From the NCBI GenBank assembly GCA_027001995.1, contig JALTLO010000084.1:23299-59535 (forward strand): a stretch of DNA of 36,237 bases, in the 5' to 3' direction. Both the position numbers and the translations under genes were made by a program. The notes under the pieces are model-generated. The model saw nothing but the letters and a program-made list of their open reading frames with translations. It was not told the origin of the DNA and made no database searches. Every line of letters begins with the position of its first letter. The first letter of the stretch is position 1. Of this stretch, positions 26,668 through 34,629 are shown piece after piece. Source of the stretch: Planctomycetota bacterium (lineage in GTDB: Bacteria > Planctomycetota > GCA-002687715 > DRQF01).

Positions 26668-27799
26668 GATTGACTTAAGTCTATTCAAGTGCTTTGAGCT
26701 ACTAAGACTCCCTCTTCAGCAGTTGACCCTCCTTGCGGGCACAAATGCATCGGGGAAATCCACAGTCATGCAGGCGATGGTGCTTCTGCACCAAACAATC
26801 GTTGATCATGAATGGTCGACGCGCCTTCACGTGAATGGCTCATGTATTCGACTCGGGACCGTCGCGGAAGTCGTCGACAAAGTAAACGGCCGAGGCAAAT
26901 TCGGGATAGGGATTCAAGACGACCAATGTGCAGCGGAATGGACGTTTACCCACACGCACAACAAAGATTCAATGTCAGCTGTTGTCGATTCGATCACTGT
27001 CAATGGCACGGTCCACTCTCAGCCAAACAGACTGCGCTTTCTGTTTCCAGAACCGCATGAGACCACCCAAGATCTCGCCGAACGACTACTTTCATTGACA
27101 TACTTGACGGCAGAACGCGTGGGGCCCCGCGATGTCTATGATCTTCAGGACCCAAGTTCTACCCAGGTCGTCGGCGCTCGAGGCGAAAATGCGGTCGGCC
27201 TCCTTTTTCAACGGCGCGACTCAGACGTGCTTGAGACGCTCCAATTGGACACCGAGCCGCCGGCGCTCCTCCGCCAAGTTGAAGGGCGCATGCGAATGTT
27301 CTTTCCGGGGATTTCCTTGGACGTTCAGCAAGTTGCGCGAACGAGCATGGTGACCCTCGGAGTGAGGACATCCGACTCCACCGACTACCATCGTCCTGTC
27401 AATGTTGGATTCGGCATTACCCAAGTCCTGCCTACGATAGTCGCAGCCCTCGCAGCCAAGGAAGGCGACTTGCTCCTTATCGAGAACCCCGAAGTCCATT
27501 TGCATCCAGCAGGTCAGGCAATGATGGGGATGTTTCTTGCGGAAGTAGCTGCCGCAAGAGTTCAGGTGATCGTCGAGTCGCACAGCGACCACATCTTGAA
27601 TGGAATCAGGAGATCAATAAAGCGACAGGCGATTTCGGCGGATGCAGCTGCGATACACTTCTTCAGGTCCCGAGACAACTGCGGAGAGCAAGTTACAAGT
27701 CTTGCTCTCGACTCTTCTGGCAATATTGATGACTGGCCGAGTGGTTTCTTCGATCAATTCGACAAAGATCAGAACTACTTCGCAGGTTGGGGCGAGTGA
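26657..27799 (+). CDS. ABC/SMC-type ATPase with DUF3696, Menshen NsnB-like
   Basis: Walker A GTNASGKS, signature NVGFGITQVLP, IENPEVHLHP, ESHSDH, DWPSGFFDQ. Confidence 0.9.
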   Translation: MINRIDLSLFKCFELLRLPLQQLTLLAGTNASGKSTVMQAMVLLHQTIVDHEWSTRLHVNGSCIRLGTVAEVVDKVNGRGKFGIGIQDDQCAAEWTFTHTHNKDSMSAVVDSITVNGTVHSQPNRLRFLFPEPHETTQDLAERLLSLTYLTAERVGPRDVYDLQDPSSTQVVGARGENAVGLLFQRRDSDVLETLQLDTEPPALLRQVEGRMRMFFPGISLDVQQVARTSMVTLGVRTSDSTDYHRPVNVGFGITQVLPTIVAALAAKEGDLLLIENPEVHLHPAGQAMMGMFLAEVAAARVQVIVESHSDHILNGIRRSIKRQAISADAAAIHFFRSRDNCGEQVTSLALDSSGNIDDWPSGFFDQFDKDQNYFAGWGE

Positions 27800-27800
27800 A

Positions 27801-28757
27801 GTGGAGTTTCTGATGAACGATCTTTCCATCCATGGGCAGTTCGACACTCTTGACGAGTTCTCGGGAGCCGTCAAGACTCTCATGAAGATACGAAGTGCGA
27901 TCGGTCGTGCTGGATCACGATTCTCTTGCCACCGAGATTTGGCGCACGCTCAAGTGACTCGGGAAGCAACGATGCACAAAGCCATCCAGAGCATGTCGAT
28001 TGAAGAACGCCGAGCCTGGATTCAGTGGTTAACAAAAGGTGGTCCTTTCTGGGAGGATGACCGCCAACATGCGCCGGACGACTGGCTCGAAACGGCAGGC
28101 GAATTGACTCCAGTTGATCATGCGATTGGCGAGTCCGCTTTTCGCAACTTTCATGGCGATCAACTTGACCTAATCAGCGCGGCTCCCTCTGATTGGTTGA
28201 GTGACCCAATTTCGGTGACTTGGAAGAGAGATGAGAAGGAAGACCGAATCGTTGATGTTCCGAATCACTGGACGCTGAAGAGTGTGCAGCGAAGGCTGGA
28301 TGCATTGCCAGCAACCTTCTGTTCATGGAAGTCACTGGAGGAGCATGTGCGCCGGGCGTACAGGGAATTGACTCTCTCTGTTGACGCATTTGCTTCGCTT
28401 TCCGGCTGTCCATTCGCCCTCGCCGCTGCGAATCGAATCAACACTCTTCTTGGCACGCTTGACAGATATCGTGGCTGCTTCAACGAACACGGCGCACGCT
28501 CTATTGAAGGTGATGAGATTTATGAAGACTACTTCAAGGGGGACCGTGCGTGGTTCTCAGACTCTTCGGATAGCGAAAAGGAAGCCTTCCGGTCCAAGAT
28601 GACTTTCGCGCATCCTGACAATAGCGGAGAGATTCTGTTCTGCCCTTTTCATGGCAAAGTCAGTACGCAGACGATCAGAATCCACTTCACCTATCCCATC
28701 GCCAAGACAATCCCGTTGTACGTCGTGTACATCGGACCGAAGATCACGAAGCGATAG
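27801..28757 (+). CDS. Putative Menshen NsnC-like effector with possible C-terminal RNase-like domain
   Basis: GTG start 1 bp after the ATPase stop; FLMNDLSIHGQF; C-terminal FSDSSDSEK...CPFHGKV...RIHF...VYIGPKITKR; third position in the DUF262-DUF3696 operon. Confidence 0.65.
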   Translation: MEFLMNDLSIHGQFDTLDEFSGAVKTLMKIRSAIGRAGSRFSCHRDLAHAQVTREATMHKAIQSMSIEERRAWIQWLTKGGPFWEDDRQHAPDDWLETAGELTPVDHAIGESAFRNFHGDQLDLISAAPSDWLSDPISVTWKRDEKEDRIVDVPNHWTLKSVQRRLDALPATFCSWKSLEEHVRRAYRELTLSVDAFASLSGCPFALAAANRINTLLGTLDRYRGCFNEHGARSIEGDEIYEDYFKGDRAWFSDSSDSEKEAFRSKMTFAHPDNSGEILFCPFHGKVSTQTIRIHFTYPIAKTIPLYVVYIGPKITKR

Positions 28758-29117
28758 TGGACACTCGGATGCCGCATTGGAGCGTGACGCTGATACCCGG
28801 CGGTGACCGGATGACGCCACATTTTCTGCACTTACGCGCACGACTGGCGAGGCTTGGATGGGCGCTGTCTTGACCGAAAGATCATTCCACCCAAGACCTT
28901 GAAGCTTGTTGGGCTGGGTCCAAAAAGTGGATTGTGACAGAAAGATCGTTGACGAATACACTGTCAGCTATCCGTGTTCTCTGAAGGGATAGCAGCCAAC
29001 TCCCAGTAGAAACCACGAGCACCAACGTGCACTAACGCCCCTGTATGGGTCCCCTCGGGCATTGATGGCCCACAAGACTTATTCCACCAAGCCCAGAATG
29101 AAGAAGGACGGTCTGGA

Positions 29118-29351
29118 TTACCCGGCCTCCGCCTCCCGCACCATCTCCCAAGCCTCAACGCCCAACTCCTCAGCCAAAGCCACCACCACCCCCAAAGACG
29201 GTGATTTCAGGCCCCTCTCCAGAAATGACACATAGGTCCGGTGAAGGTCGCAGTTGTGCGCCAACTCTTCCTGGGAGAGTTCTGCCGCCAGCCTTAGCCG
29301 TCTGAGGACTTTGCCGAAGGCCTTGTCGAGTTTTGGATTGCTGTTTGCCAC
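29118..29351 (-). CDS. XRE-family HTH regulator of the controller (C-protein) type
   Basis: FGKVLRRLR...LSQEELA...LHRTYVSFLERGLKSPSL; start uncertain (GTG 29351 or 29387). Confidence 0.9.
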   Translation of the reverse strand: MANSNPKLDKAFGKVLRRLRLAAELSQEELAHNCDLHRTYVSFLERGLKSPSLGVVVALAEELGVEAWEMVREAEAG

Positions 29352-29368
29352 ACCCAGAATGTCTGGGG

Positions 29369-29397
29369 TAGACACGTTTTGCGCCACAGACTATAGT
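29369..29397 (+). promoter_or_regulatory. Sigma70-like promoter overlapped by a C-box-like palindrome
   Basis: TAGACA (29369-29374), 17 bp, TATAGT (29392-29397); GACTATAGT contains the palindrome ACTATAGT; imperfect repeat CAGACTAT/CAGAGTAT at 29387 and 29401. Confidence 0.6.
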
Positions 29398-29468
29398 ATT
29401 CAGAGTATCTTTTGGCGAGAGGAGCAACCCACATTCGTTGCTCACCACAAAAAACAAAGAAAGGTCAT

Positions 29469-30362
29469 ATGCTCATGAGTGATGAGACTGGCTCCGATCT
29501 TGACGGTCGGTTGGACGAATTCGGAATGACTGAAGAGCAGACACAGGCAATTCAGAAGCAGTTGAGGAAGCGCATTGGTGGGCCGCCAAACATTGCTTTC
29601 ATGGGGCAATCCGGTGTCGGCAAGTCGAGTCTATGCAACGCCATCTTTGGGAAAGACGTCGCGCTTGTCAGTGACGTCGACGAGGGGACCCTCAAGGAAG
29701 AGTCCTACGAGCTTAGCCTTGGCGATGATACATCGATACGACTGTTCGACCTTCCAGGAATCGGTCACAACGTCGGACGCGACGGTCTCTACCGAAAAAT
29801 GTACAGGAATATCCTCCCAAGATGCGATGTGGTCCTCTGGCTGTTCAAGGCAGATTCAAGAGCAAACGCCGCTGACCAGAAGGTGTTTGGTATGGACATT
29901 CTTCCGAATCTGAAGTCTGGGACTCCCGTTATCCCTGTGATTACGCAGTCCGACAAAATCGACCCTTCCTTCGAATGGAACAACGATGCTTTCGAAGCTG
30001 GCCCCACTCAGAAAGAGAACTTAGCGACCAAACAAGCGGCCGCAGCCAAGATCGTAAAGCGTGAACCCAATGATGTCGCGGTCATTGCCATTCATACCCT
30101 CCCAGATCAGAGGAAAATACTGGGTGTCAAGGAGCTCGTTCAACAGATCATTCACGAACTACCACCACATCGGCAGCACGCGACGTTTCGTCACGTCAAA
30201 GAGCAAGCTACATCAGCGAGGGCGAAAAAGGAAGCCGAGGAGGGACTCTGGACTACCGTGAAACGGGTAGTGCAGGATTTCCTTGTCAAACAAGGCCCAG
30301 TCATCTTGGAAGAGGCAGGGAAGGCGTTAATGCGCTGGTGGACGAAGAGCAAGAAAGTCTGA
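29469..30362 (+). CDS. YeeP/YfjP-like GTPase (MMR_HSR1-type G domain)
   Basis: G1 GQSGVGKSSLCN, G2 region SDVDEGT, G3 DLPG, G4 TQSDK; helical C-terminus ending LMRWWTKSKK (start 29469 or 29475). Confidence 0.88.
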   Translation: MLMSDETGSDLDGRLDEFGMTEEQTQAIQKQLRKRIGGPPNIAFMGQSGVGKSSLCNAIFGKDVALVSDVDEGTLKEESYELSLGDDTSIRLFDLPGIGHNVGRDGLYRKMYRNILPRCDVVLWLFKADSRANAADQKVFGMDILPNLKSGTPVIPVITQSDKIDPSFEWNNDAFEAGPTQKENLATKQAAAAKIVKREPNDVAVIAIHTLPDQRKILGVKELVQQIIHELPPHRQHATFRHVKEQATSARAKKEAEEGLWTTVKRVVQDFLVKQGPVILEEAGKALMRWWTKSKKV

Positions 30363-30523
30363 CCGTTGCATCGGATGCGTCGACCCCTCCCCCATAAGGA
30401 ACGTAACTGTCGGGTTCCTCAGAATCGATAGCGGGCGCAAAGCAAAGAAATGCCGTTGATTGAAATTGGCAGCTGCGCGCCCCACGCCTAAAGATCGACC
30501 ACCTGGTTTGGTACAAGAACAAC

Positions 30524-31048
30524 ATGAAGAATGACCGTGACAATTCCGCAAACATTGCTCCAGGCTCCATCATCAAACGCGACCTTGATGGTTTGCCGGG
30601 CACGGCCATGTTTCATGTGGGCATCTATATTGGCAAAGGTAAGGTGATTCACTTCAACGGTGAATGGGGAAGTGGCGCAAAAGCGCACATTGAAAAAACG
30701 ACCCTCAGCGCATTCTCTAAAGGCCGGCCCGTCAGAGTCCATTCAGCGCCAAAGAATCCAACTCATGGAAAGGCGGTCGTCCGAAAAGCCAACCGAGCGA
30801 TCGCCAACCCTAAAGGATGGGACGGGAAGTACAACTTCGCATCGAACAACTGCGAGGACTTCACCCAGCATTGTTTTGAAGTTGAGTACCGAGAAGCAAA
30901 GAACGGCGAAAAGAGCAAAGGCAGCGCGCCCTGGAGCCAGCGGGCCAAGGCGGTGGTCGTGGCGACCGGGTCGGCGATTTTCTTGGTTGTGACGGCGCTT
31001 GCGGCGGGTAGGTCGAAGGGGCCACCGAGTCCCCCTCCAAGAGCGTGA
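30524..31048 (+). CDS. LRAT-family (permuted NlpC/P60) acyltransferase/phospholipase with C-terminal membrane helix
   Basis: HVGIYIGKGKVIHF, YNFASNNCEDF (His-His-Cys), hydrophobic AVVVATGSAIFLVVTALAA. Confidence 0.9.
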   Translation: MKNDRDNSANIAPGSIIKRDLDGLPGTAMFHVGIYIGKGKVIHFNGEWGSGAKAHIEKTTLSAFSKGRPVRVHSAPKNPTHGKAVVRKANRAIANPKGWDGKYNFASNNCEDFTQHCFEVEYREAKNGEKSKGSAPWSQRAKAVVVATGSAIFLVVTALAAGRSKGPPSPPPRA

Positions 31049-31073
31049 CCGTAGTATCAAACCAGGCTGCAAG

Positions 31074-31628
31074 CTACTTTGATCTTCCTGCACGATACTC
31101 CTTGCCATAGGTGCGCGAGCGTCTCATTGACTCAACAAGGTTGGGATCTGCGCCGCCGTGAATGAGGTCATCCTCGTTCAATGCACCCTCAAATTGGATC
31201 AACAGATTCTGAGCAACATGAATGATGTTGTAGAGGTCAAACGGTTTCGCCGAGGCATCCCATGTCCTTAGACCATTCCCACAAATAAAACCTCTTTGCC
31301 AAACAGTCATCGAAACGGCAGTCGGCTCCCCAATCAGCACATCATCAACTGTGACTTCTTGATCCTTGAGTCTTTCGGTGAGTGCTGAGACAAACTTATC
31401 ACCTTGGCCTTTGCTTTCAGGTACTTGCACGCCAAAGAGCCGAACAATGCGCCCGTTAGACAGTTCAATGTTGCCGTTTGAGCGGACAGATCGAACCTTC
31501 AGCCGGTCCTCCGGTCGATTGTCAACAGTGCCTCGATTAAATGGCGCACACGCTGTAGCCCCAAGACAAGCGGCAGCAATAAGAACAATCCGTACAAAAC
31601 ACGCGGTCATCAGATCCTCCGGCATCAT
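31074..31628 (-). CDS. Putative lipoprotein with a degenerate thermonuclease (SNase)-like N-terminal fold
   Basis: Lipobox-like GATAC; VRSVRSNGNIELSNGRIVRLFGVQVPE resembles VxDGDTi...VRLxGIDAPE with the acidic residues lost. Confidence 0.55.
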   Translation of the reverse strand: MMPEDLMTACFVRIVLIAAACLGATACAPFNRGTVDNRPEDRLKVRSVRSNGNIELSNGRIVRLFGVQVPESKGQGDKFVSALTERLKDQEVTVDDVLIGEPTAVSMTVWQRGFICGNGLRTWDASAKPFDLYNIIHVAQNLLIQFEGALNEDDLIHGGADPNLVESMRRSRTYGKEYRAGRSK

Positions 31629-32029
31629 GATGTCTGGTAGCCGCCAATGTCTTCAACGACATCCAGATTGTTGGAAAAAGTGCGGCCAAGGGAAGATTTC
31701 AGGCGTAGAGAGGAAGGAGTTTTATGAGTACAAGGACTCAACCTCGGCCGCACACCCAAGCTTGGGTGCTTAGCTTAGCTCATTTCGAGCAGATGTGAAG
31801 TAGATTGGCGACGTCATCAATCGCCTCGACCTCACCAGTAGACTCCTTTGCAGCCAGCGCCGCAAATTCAACTCGCTCGAACCCAAGCCCCAGATGCCAA
31901 TTCGAAGGCCGCATCCAAGCCGCATGCCGCCTTTTCTTGTCGCTGATCCACACCCGGACACCAATAGGCAGCCAACTTTGAGCATTCTTGCTATTGTCGG
32001 TGATCGAACAACGATGGGAGTTTACTCGG

Positions 32030-33016
32030 ATGCCAATGTCGCCAATTCATTCTCGCACTGCACCTGTAGTCTTGCTACTGATCATTGCGTTTGCTGCCTG
32101 CCATCAATCTGAAGATGAAACCAAGAACCCTTCGCCTATGAGCGTCTTCAGTTTCCCGCTTGCACACTTTGCTACCAAGGCGTCCTTTGCTGGCGAACAA
32201 GCGCTCCCCCTGGAGTTAGGTGAGAAAAAAAGTCTGCGCGGTGCGTTGTCGCTTTTAGAGAGAATACTGCCAAAAAAAGATCCGCGCCGACCAATTTTGA
32301 GGACAACGCCAATCCGATTCGTTGAAAGCCACGGACGCACTGATGTCGCTGCACGTTGGGACCCGAAAAACTCTTGTATTGAGATTGGGCGCATTGGGCT
32401 GAAGGATCAGCTCAAGCTGGTCGTCGTACTTGGTCATGAATTCACTCACGCGCTTCATGAAGAAGAAACTCCGAAGGATATCTTGACCTTGCTGAGGAGT
32501 GAAGTTCGCGCTTATGAGTCGGAATTGGCTGTTGTTCGTCGCTTGAAACCGGTCATCAATGATCTGGATTTCACCAGCCCACGGGAACGTGACTTCTTTC
32601 AACTTTCTCTAACTCGACACAAGAGATCTGGTTTATTACTATTGCGGATGACTCGCTTCCGCATCGCCCTTATTGCCCTTGCATTCAACATGAGCCAAAT
32701 TCGAGATCAAGTCGAGGTGGCCGGTGTTTCATCGCAGAATATTCAATTCATAAAAGGCTGCGAAATGCAACTGGCACAGGTTTGTCTCGCTGACAGACCT
32801 ATCACTTCTCAGGATGCCCAGTCTGTCGACTCTGTCCTTACCCGGTTTCGCCTGTATCTAACCAAGAACTCGACCTTTCGGGGCGCTGGAGTCGACACAA
32901 TCCTGTCCGAAATCGACAAGAATCGCGGAGAGTTGATCGAAATCGGCGAATCTTCTCGGGCGCTTGCTGCCACTGAGACTCGTCTTAGGAAGTTTAGAAT
33001 TGTGTCAACACGCTGA
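32030..33016 (+). CDS. Putative lipoprotein with an HEXXH zinc-metallopeptidase-like motif
   Basis: Signal VVLLLIIAFAAC; VVLGHEFTHALH and downstream SEVRAY; GGGAG RBS. Confidence 0.6.
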   Translation: MPMSPIHSRTAPVVLLLIIAFAACHQSEDETKNPSPMSVFSFPLAHFATKASFAGEQALPLELGEKKSLRGALSLLERILPKKDPRRPILRTTPIRFVESHGRTDVAARWDPKNSCIEIGRIGLKDQLKLVVVLGHEFTHALHEEETPKDILTLLRSEVRAYESELAVVRRLKPVINDLDFTSPRERDFFQLSLTRHKRSGLLLLRMTRFRIALIALAFNMSQIRDQVEVAGVSSQNIQFIKGCEMQLAQVCLADRPITSQDAQSVDSVLTRFRLYLTKNSTFRGAGVDTILSEIDKNRGELIEIGESSRALAATETRLRKFRIVSTR

Positions 33017-33169
33017 CATTGAACAACGATTAACAGTCGCGAAACGACAATCAGCAATTCTCACGATGCGCTACAATTCCCAGGACGGTCGAGAGATTCT
33101 CGTGGGCGTGGTGTTCACCCTTGTTCTTGCAAACATCAACAGTCACCCGTTTGAATCGACAGCACCAAC

Positions 33170-33552
33170 TCATTCTCCCTCAATCGCAGCACGTATCTCC
33201 TCCTCAGCAAGAGGCCGCTGGCGGTGAGCGAGTTCTACGTCGGCTTCAGTTTCCACAATGACCAAGGTCCGATCGATCAAGTCGACGCCCCACATGTGAA
33301 TGTTTTCACGGTCTTGGCCGTCGGCCTTTATCTTCGCGACAAGACGCGTCCAATACCTGCCTGGGGCACCGTCAATATTTGCCGATGCCTTGCGGATGCT
33401 ATCGGCAATGATGCGTAACTCATCGCTGGCTTTGACCTGGACTTGGAGAAACTCATCGCCCCCTGGCCACCACCAATCCCGACGTCTTTGCGAACGAGTT
33501 CCATGAGTGGCTGATGGAAGTGTATCTCAAGAACAGTTTCGTTTATTGCCAT
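33170..33552 (-). pseudogene. Frameshifted or chimeric gene remnant
   Basis: MAINETVLEIHFHQPL... from 33552; a startless protein-like frame GDEFLQVQVKASDELRII...EEEIRAAIEGE* at 33460-33170; a G5 run at the junction. Confidence 0.35.
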
Positions 33553-33610
33553 CTTGTAGTAACCATTTGGTCCTCTCCTCTATCGCCCGAAATCCAGACG
33601 ACCGCCACCT

Positions 33611-33817
33611 CTATTGGCCAGACGAGAAAAGATATCCTATCAGGGGCACAAGACTGTCGTCTGTCGGTAATACAAGATGGCTCGCACGTCGATCCCCTAA
33701 TTCTTGCGTGAAGAATGGCAAAAGGGCTGCCGCTTCGAGGCAATCACTCTCCTTGCACACGGGCGATAGGTCACGAAGGGCGTGGGCCACGATGAATTCG
33801 GCGAGGATACCTCGCAT
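33611..33817 (-). pseudogene. Fragment of a restriction-endonuclease-like gene
   Basis: Only RGILAEFIVAHAL is recognisable (RGxLAEFxVxxAL pattern); the rest is not protein-like. Confidence 0.3.
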
Positions 33818-33832
33818 CGGCCCGATGCTCGC

Positions 33833-34534
33833 TCATCGAACGCCCCTGGACCGATCTCTCCTCCGCTTCTCCTCCTGCAACCGATCATAAGTCGCCATCT
33901 GCAACGGCCCTGAGCCTCGTATCCTACCGAGTTCTTCGGATGTGAATTCCACGATGCGCATCCCGTCTTTGGGGATCTTCTTCGAGACGACGTCGATCCC
34001 TTCCTTGCTGACGCCGTAGGTGGCGATGCCGAGTGCGACGAGTTCGTCGGCATTCGTTTTGAGGTCGTTCGAAGTCCATCCCAAGTCTTCGGCGACGTCG
34101 TCGAGCCAACTCGCCGCCGCCAAGCCCCAAAGTCGACAGGCGCGGTCGGAGACCTCACGAATGAAGAAAGGACGGGTGTCAAGCTTCGCGACAGGCGGTT
34201 TGCCGACCTCGAAGCCGAGCGCTTCTGCGATCTCGCGCCCGCCCGTCGTAATGCTCTGAATACTTTCCCAGGTCTCGTCCGCGTACTTCGACAGCGCGCG
34301 CAGCTCCAGAAGCCGGTCGAGGCTTGACTCAACCGCCTTCCGCTGGATGCCGAGAATCTCGGCAAGAATTGCACTCGAAGTGTTCAGCACGCGGCGACGC
34401 TTGTCTCCCTTCGCGAAGAAGTACTTCAGGAGGACATAGATTCGAACTTCTGCGTCGGTGAGTTCAGACGAACCCAAGAACCAGAGATCGATCTCGACGA
34501 GATAGTCTTTTGCCGGCGGAAGAGTTTCGCTCAT
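33833..34534 (-). CDS. Hypothetical protein with one or two winged-helix domains
   Basis: LTDAEVRIYVLL...SSAILAEILGIQRKAVESSLDRLLE and DVAEDLGWTSNDLKTNADELVALG; GAGGA RBS. Confidence 0.7.
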   Translation of the reverse strand: MSETLPPAKDYLVEIDLWFLGSSELTDAEVRIYVLLKYFFAKGDKRRRVLNTSSAILAEILGIQRKAVESSLDRLLELRALSKYADETWESIQSITTGGREIAEALGFEVGKPPVAKLDTRPFFIREVSDRACRLWGLAAASWLDDVAEDLGWTSNDLKTNADELVALGIATYGVSKEGIDVVSKKIPKDGMRIVEFTSEELGRIRGSGPLQMATYDRLQEEKRRRDRSRGVR

Positions 34535-34629
34535 TCGTAAATCCTCGTTCTCGAGAGCTTTCGGTCATCCATGTCTGTCGTTCAGGCCCCAGATTACTCG
34601 CTACTGATCGCCTTGTCTGCGGCCCTTTC

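Noticed and set aside
28760..29117. Short ORFs between the Menshen-like operon and the XRE gene
   Set aside because: No recognisable motif, RBS or consistent codon pattern in any frame.
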